Assembly: GCA_024626585.2 (NCBI GenBank)
Contig: JANKJI020000002.1
Coordinates: 226,893,273 to 226,917,866 of the forward strand
DNA from: Ginkgo biloba
Lineage: Eukaryota; Plantae; Ginkgophyta
Direction: 5' to 3'
Length of the DNA stretch: 24,594 nt
The notes under the pieces were generated by a model. The model was not told where the DNA came from and did no database searches. It saw nothing but the letters and a program-made list of their open reading frames with translations. A program made the translations under genes and the position numbers. Within the stretch, counting starts at the first letter, position 1. Every line of letters begins with the position of its first letter. This document shows positions 22,491-24,594 of the stretch, piece by piece.

Positions 22491-24594
22491 AACTTGCTTT
22501 CACCCTATTTCCAAGTCATTATATCAATGAAATCATGTGTTTGATTCTATAAGTATTTGTAGGAAACATATGAGTTACTTTAATTTATCATTAGCCTAAT
22601 TTTAGTCCCATAAAATCTATATTTTATTAGATGACCCCCTTGATAAGTCCTCTAACACTAATTCTATGTATACAACCAAGAAGATAGATAGTGGAAGTAC
22701 GAATGTTACTAAATTTAAACTAGATTCTTTCTTTATTTCCTCTTCTCCTATACCCACTCCCCTTTATATCCCCTCTCCTAGTCCAAATGTTTTTGTAGGA
22801 TTTCCTCTTCTCCCCCTTTGTCCAAGGATAACGAATTCACTCCAATTATATCTCCTTATCATTATCATTCAAGTCTTTTATTACTTCCAAATCTTTATTG
22901 AAAACTTATAAGGATTAATTTGGTGAGGTGATAGGCCCAAACTATATTATATTTTGTATTACTATAGGGGATAGTTAGGAGTGCAAGAGAGTATCCTATG
23001 AAATGGACCTATAAAATCAAAGAGGAAATTGGTATTAATAAAAGGAATTATCTTCTCACCTAAATTTCAATATGTATTAAAGAATAAGGGTAAGAGAGAG
23101 GAAAGGGGAAAGAAAAAATCTTAAATAGGTTGGCTCATACATCCCTAATAGATAAAGGGATGGAAGTTATTAATAACATTTTATGTTTCTAGCAGAGGAT
23201 GGAAAAATGTCGAAGAGACTTAGGATTAGTAAAAATGAGAATAACAGAGAATATGGGGACAAATATAACTATTGAGATTATGGTTATAGATACTATATAA
23301 AANNNNNNNNNNNNNNNNNNNNNNNNNNNNATTATAAACTTTCTTGTACTTCTTGGAATGTGAATGAATCTCACTACCTCAAAGGAGAGGTATCCTCAAA
23401 CATCCATTGTTATATTTTTATTGGAATTATGAATTTATTATCCCTTTAAAAAGTTAAGGTTAGGATACCATCTTAGAAGATCTATTCAAAGTGTGTGGTC
23501 TTCATTGAATTTTATGGCTAATGAGAACCAAGAAGGAAGCGAAGGTACTATACTCTGTTATCCCAACTAGGTGAAGTAATCTATAATGGATCAAGGAAGT
23601 GATTGAAGAATCTTAGTACTATGGATTAAATTTAAAGTAAATTATATTAAAGTAGGAAATGTTAGTGTGTATGCACTCAATAATGCTCAAGACAAGATTT
23701 ATTATGGAATTATATGGTCACTAGTCTACCTCGATCCTCTTCAATAAATTAGGGAATTTTAATATGGTTGAGAATGTGTAATATATATTAGGGAGAGGTT
23801 CTACTTCCCTCTCTATAATGGAAATTATGTCTTGCCTAAATTGTAAGATTTTTTTAGGTTTATGTGATCTCAACCCCAGAATAAGCATGAATAGTGAATG
23901 GTATACTTGGTCTAATAAGAGGAAAAGAAATGTAATAATTTTATGCTATTCAGATATATGTTATTTTTTAGTTATTGGTACTTTTCATTTAATATATGGA
24001 GTTGTTAAAAATCCATACTAAAACTATCTCATATAATCATTATCCTTCATCTCTAAATGTGATGATGGGTAGTGGGTAGGATCTATCAAATTGATCCTTG
24101 ATAAAATTTAATGTAAGATGCCTTTAGGATAAATAGTGTATTGATAGTATCAAGAATATTTAGAATTTTCTTCCTGGACCTATAAATGGGAAGGGTTGGA
24201 TTAAGTGGTGGGAGGTTGCAATTACTAAGATAGTTCAAATGATGCTATACAGTTTTAGAAAGTAAAAGGCTAACAAAAGAAGAGGAAGGGAGAGATCATT
24301 GAATATCTCTCTTATATATCTTCAAAGTCATCTTTAGTTTTAGCCATTTAATTTGGTGATTCAATATTTGGAGACTATGGTGGTGTAATATGTGAGGGAG
24401 TTATAGTTATATGAATTTAGAGGTGTAAAAATTAGGCCTAGGGTTTTATAGTTAAAATAAGGAGACACTTATTATAAATTATTTTTTTATTATCTAAAAC
24501 AAAAGGAGGGGGACATGAATATATATGAACTTAAGGATTGGAAAGGTACATGTTGTATTGATCATGAAGAAATTATTTATATTTTTGTTAATAT
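22491..24594 (+). mobile_element. Second copy (B) of the same L1 family: ORF1 3' part, spacer, ORF2 endonuclease; runs off the window
   Basis: 22505-22676 aligns with ~13366-13537, and 23589-24594 with 14448-~15430. ORF2 N-terminus SCTSWNV at ~23352-23372, followed by VSVYALNN, GNFNM, YTWSN, YNHYP and GDT. Confidence 0.92.

Noticed and set aside
1-24594. Prokaryotic systems, CRISPR arrays, tRNA/rRNA genes
   Set aside because: No regularly spaced repeats, operon-like ORFs or structured RNA signatures. The content is eukaryotic retrotransposon debris.

Overview
AT-rich, CpG-depleted, gap-riddled eukaryotic sequence, most likely a land plant; the element styles suggest a non-flowering lineage, which is inference only. 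I find no intact host gene, RNA gene or CRISPR array. Almost all of it is nested, heavily mutated retrotransposon DNA: (1) the 3' end of a Ty3/Gypsy integrase with a probable LTR (+, ~117-1330); (2) a Gypsy-type gag-protease (-, ~4330-2200) with a cellular/archaeal-type RNase HI domain directly upstream on the same strand (~5305-4905); (3) a Gypsy RT-RNaseH-integrase fragment (+, 5438-6651), followed by a ~480 bp near-loopless inverted repeat (6742-7222); (4) a very decayed L1 ORF2 (-, ~9810-7680); (5) a Gypsy 3' end and LTR (-, ~11940-9900); (6) a near full-length L1 LINE (+, ~12450-22300), interrupted by an LTR-bounded Gypsy element (-, 16926-20543) and by a CpG-retaining insert (~20662-21100); (7) a second, collinear copy of that LINE family in the same orientation (22491-end). 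Motif calls come from manual translation, boundaries are approximate, and adjacency across the ~100-N gaps is uncertain. No new biological system is firmly supported. The best candidates are the RNase H-before-gag architecture and the long palindrome.
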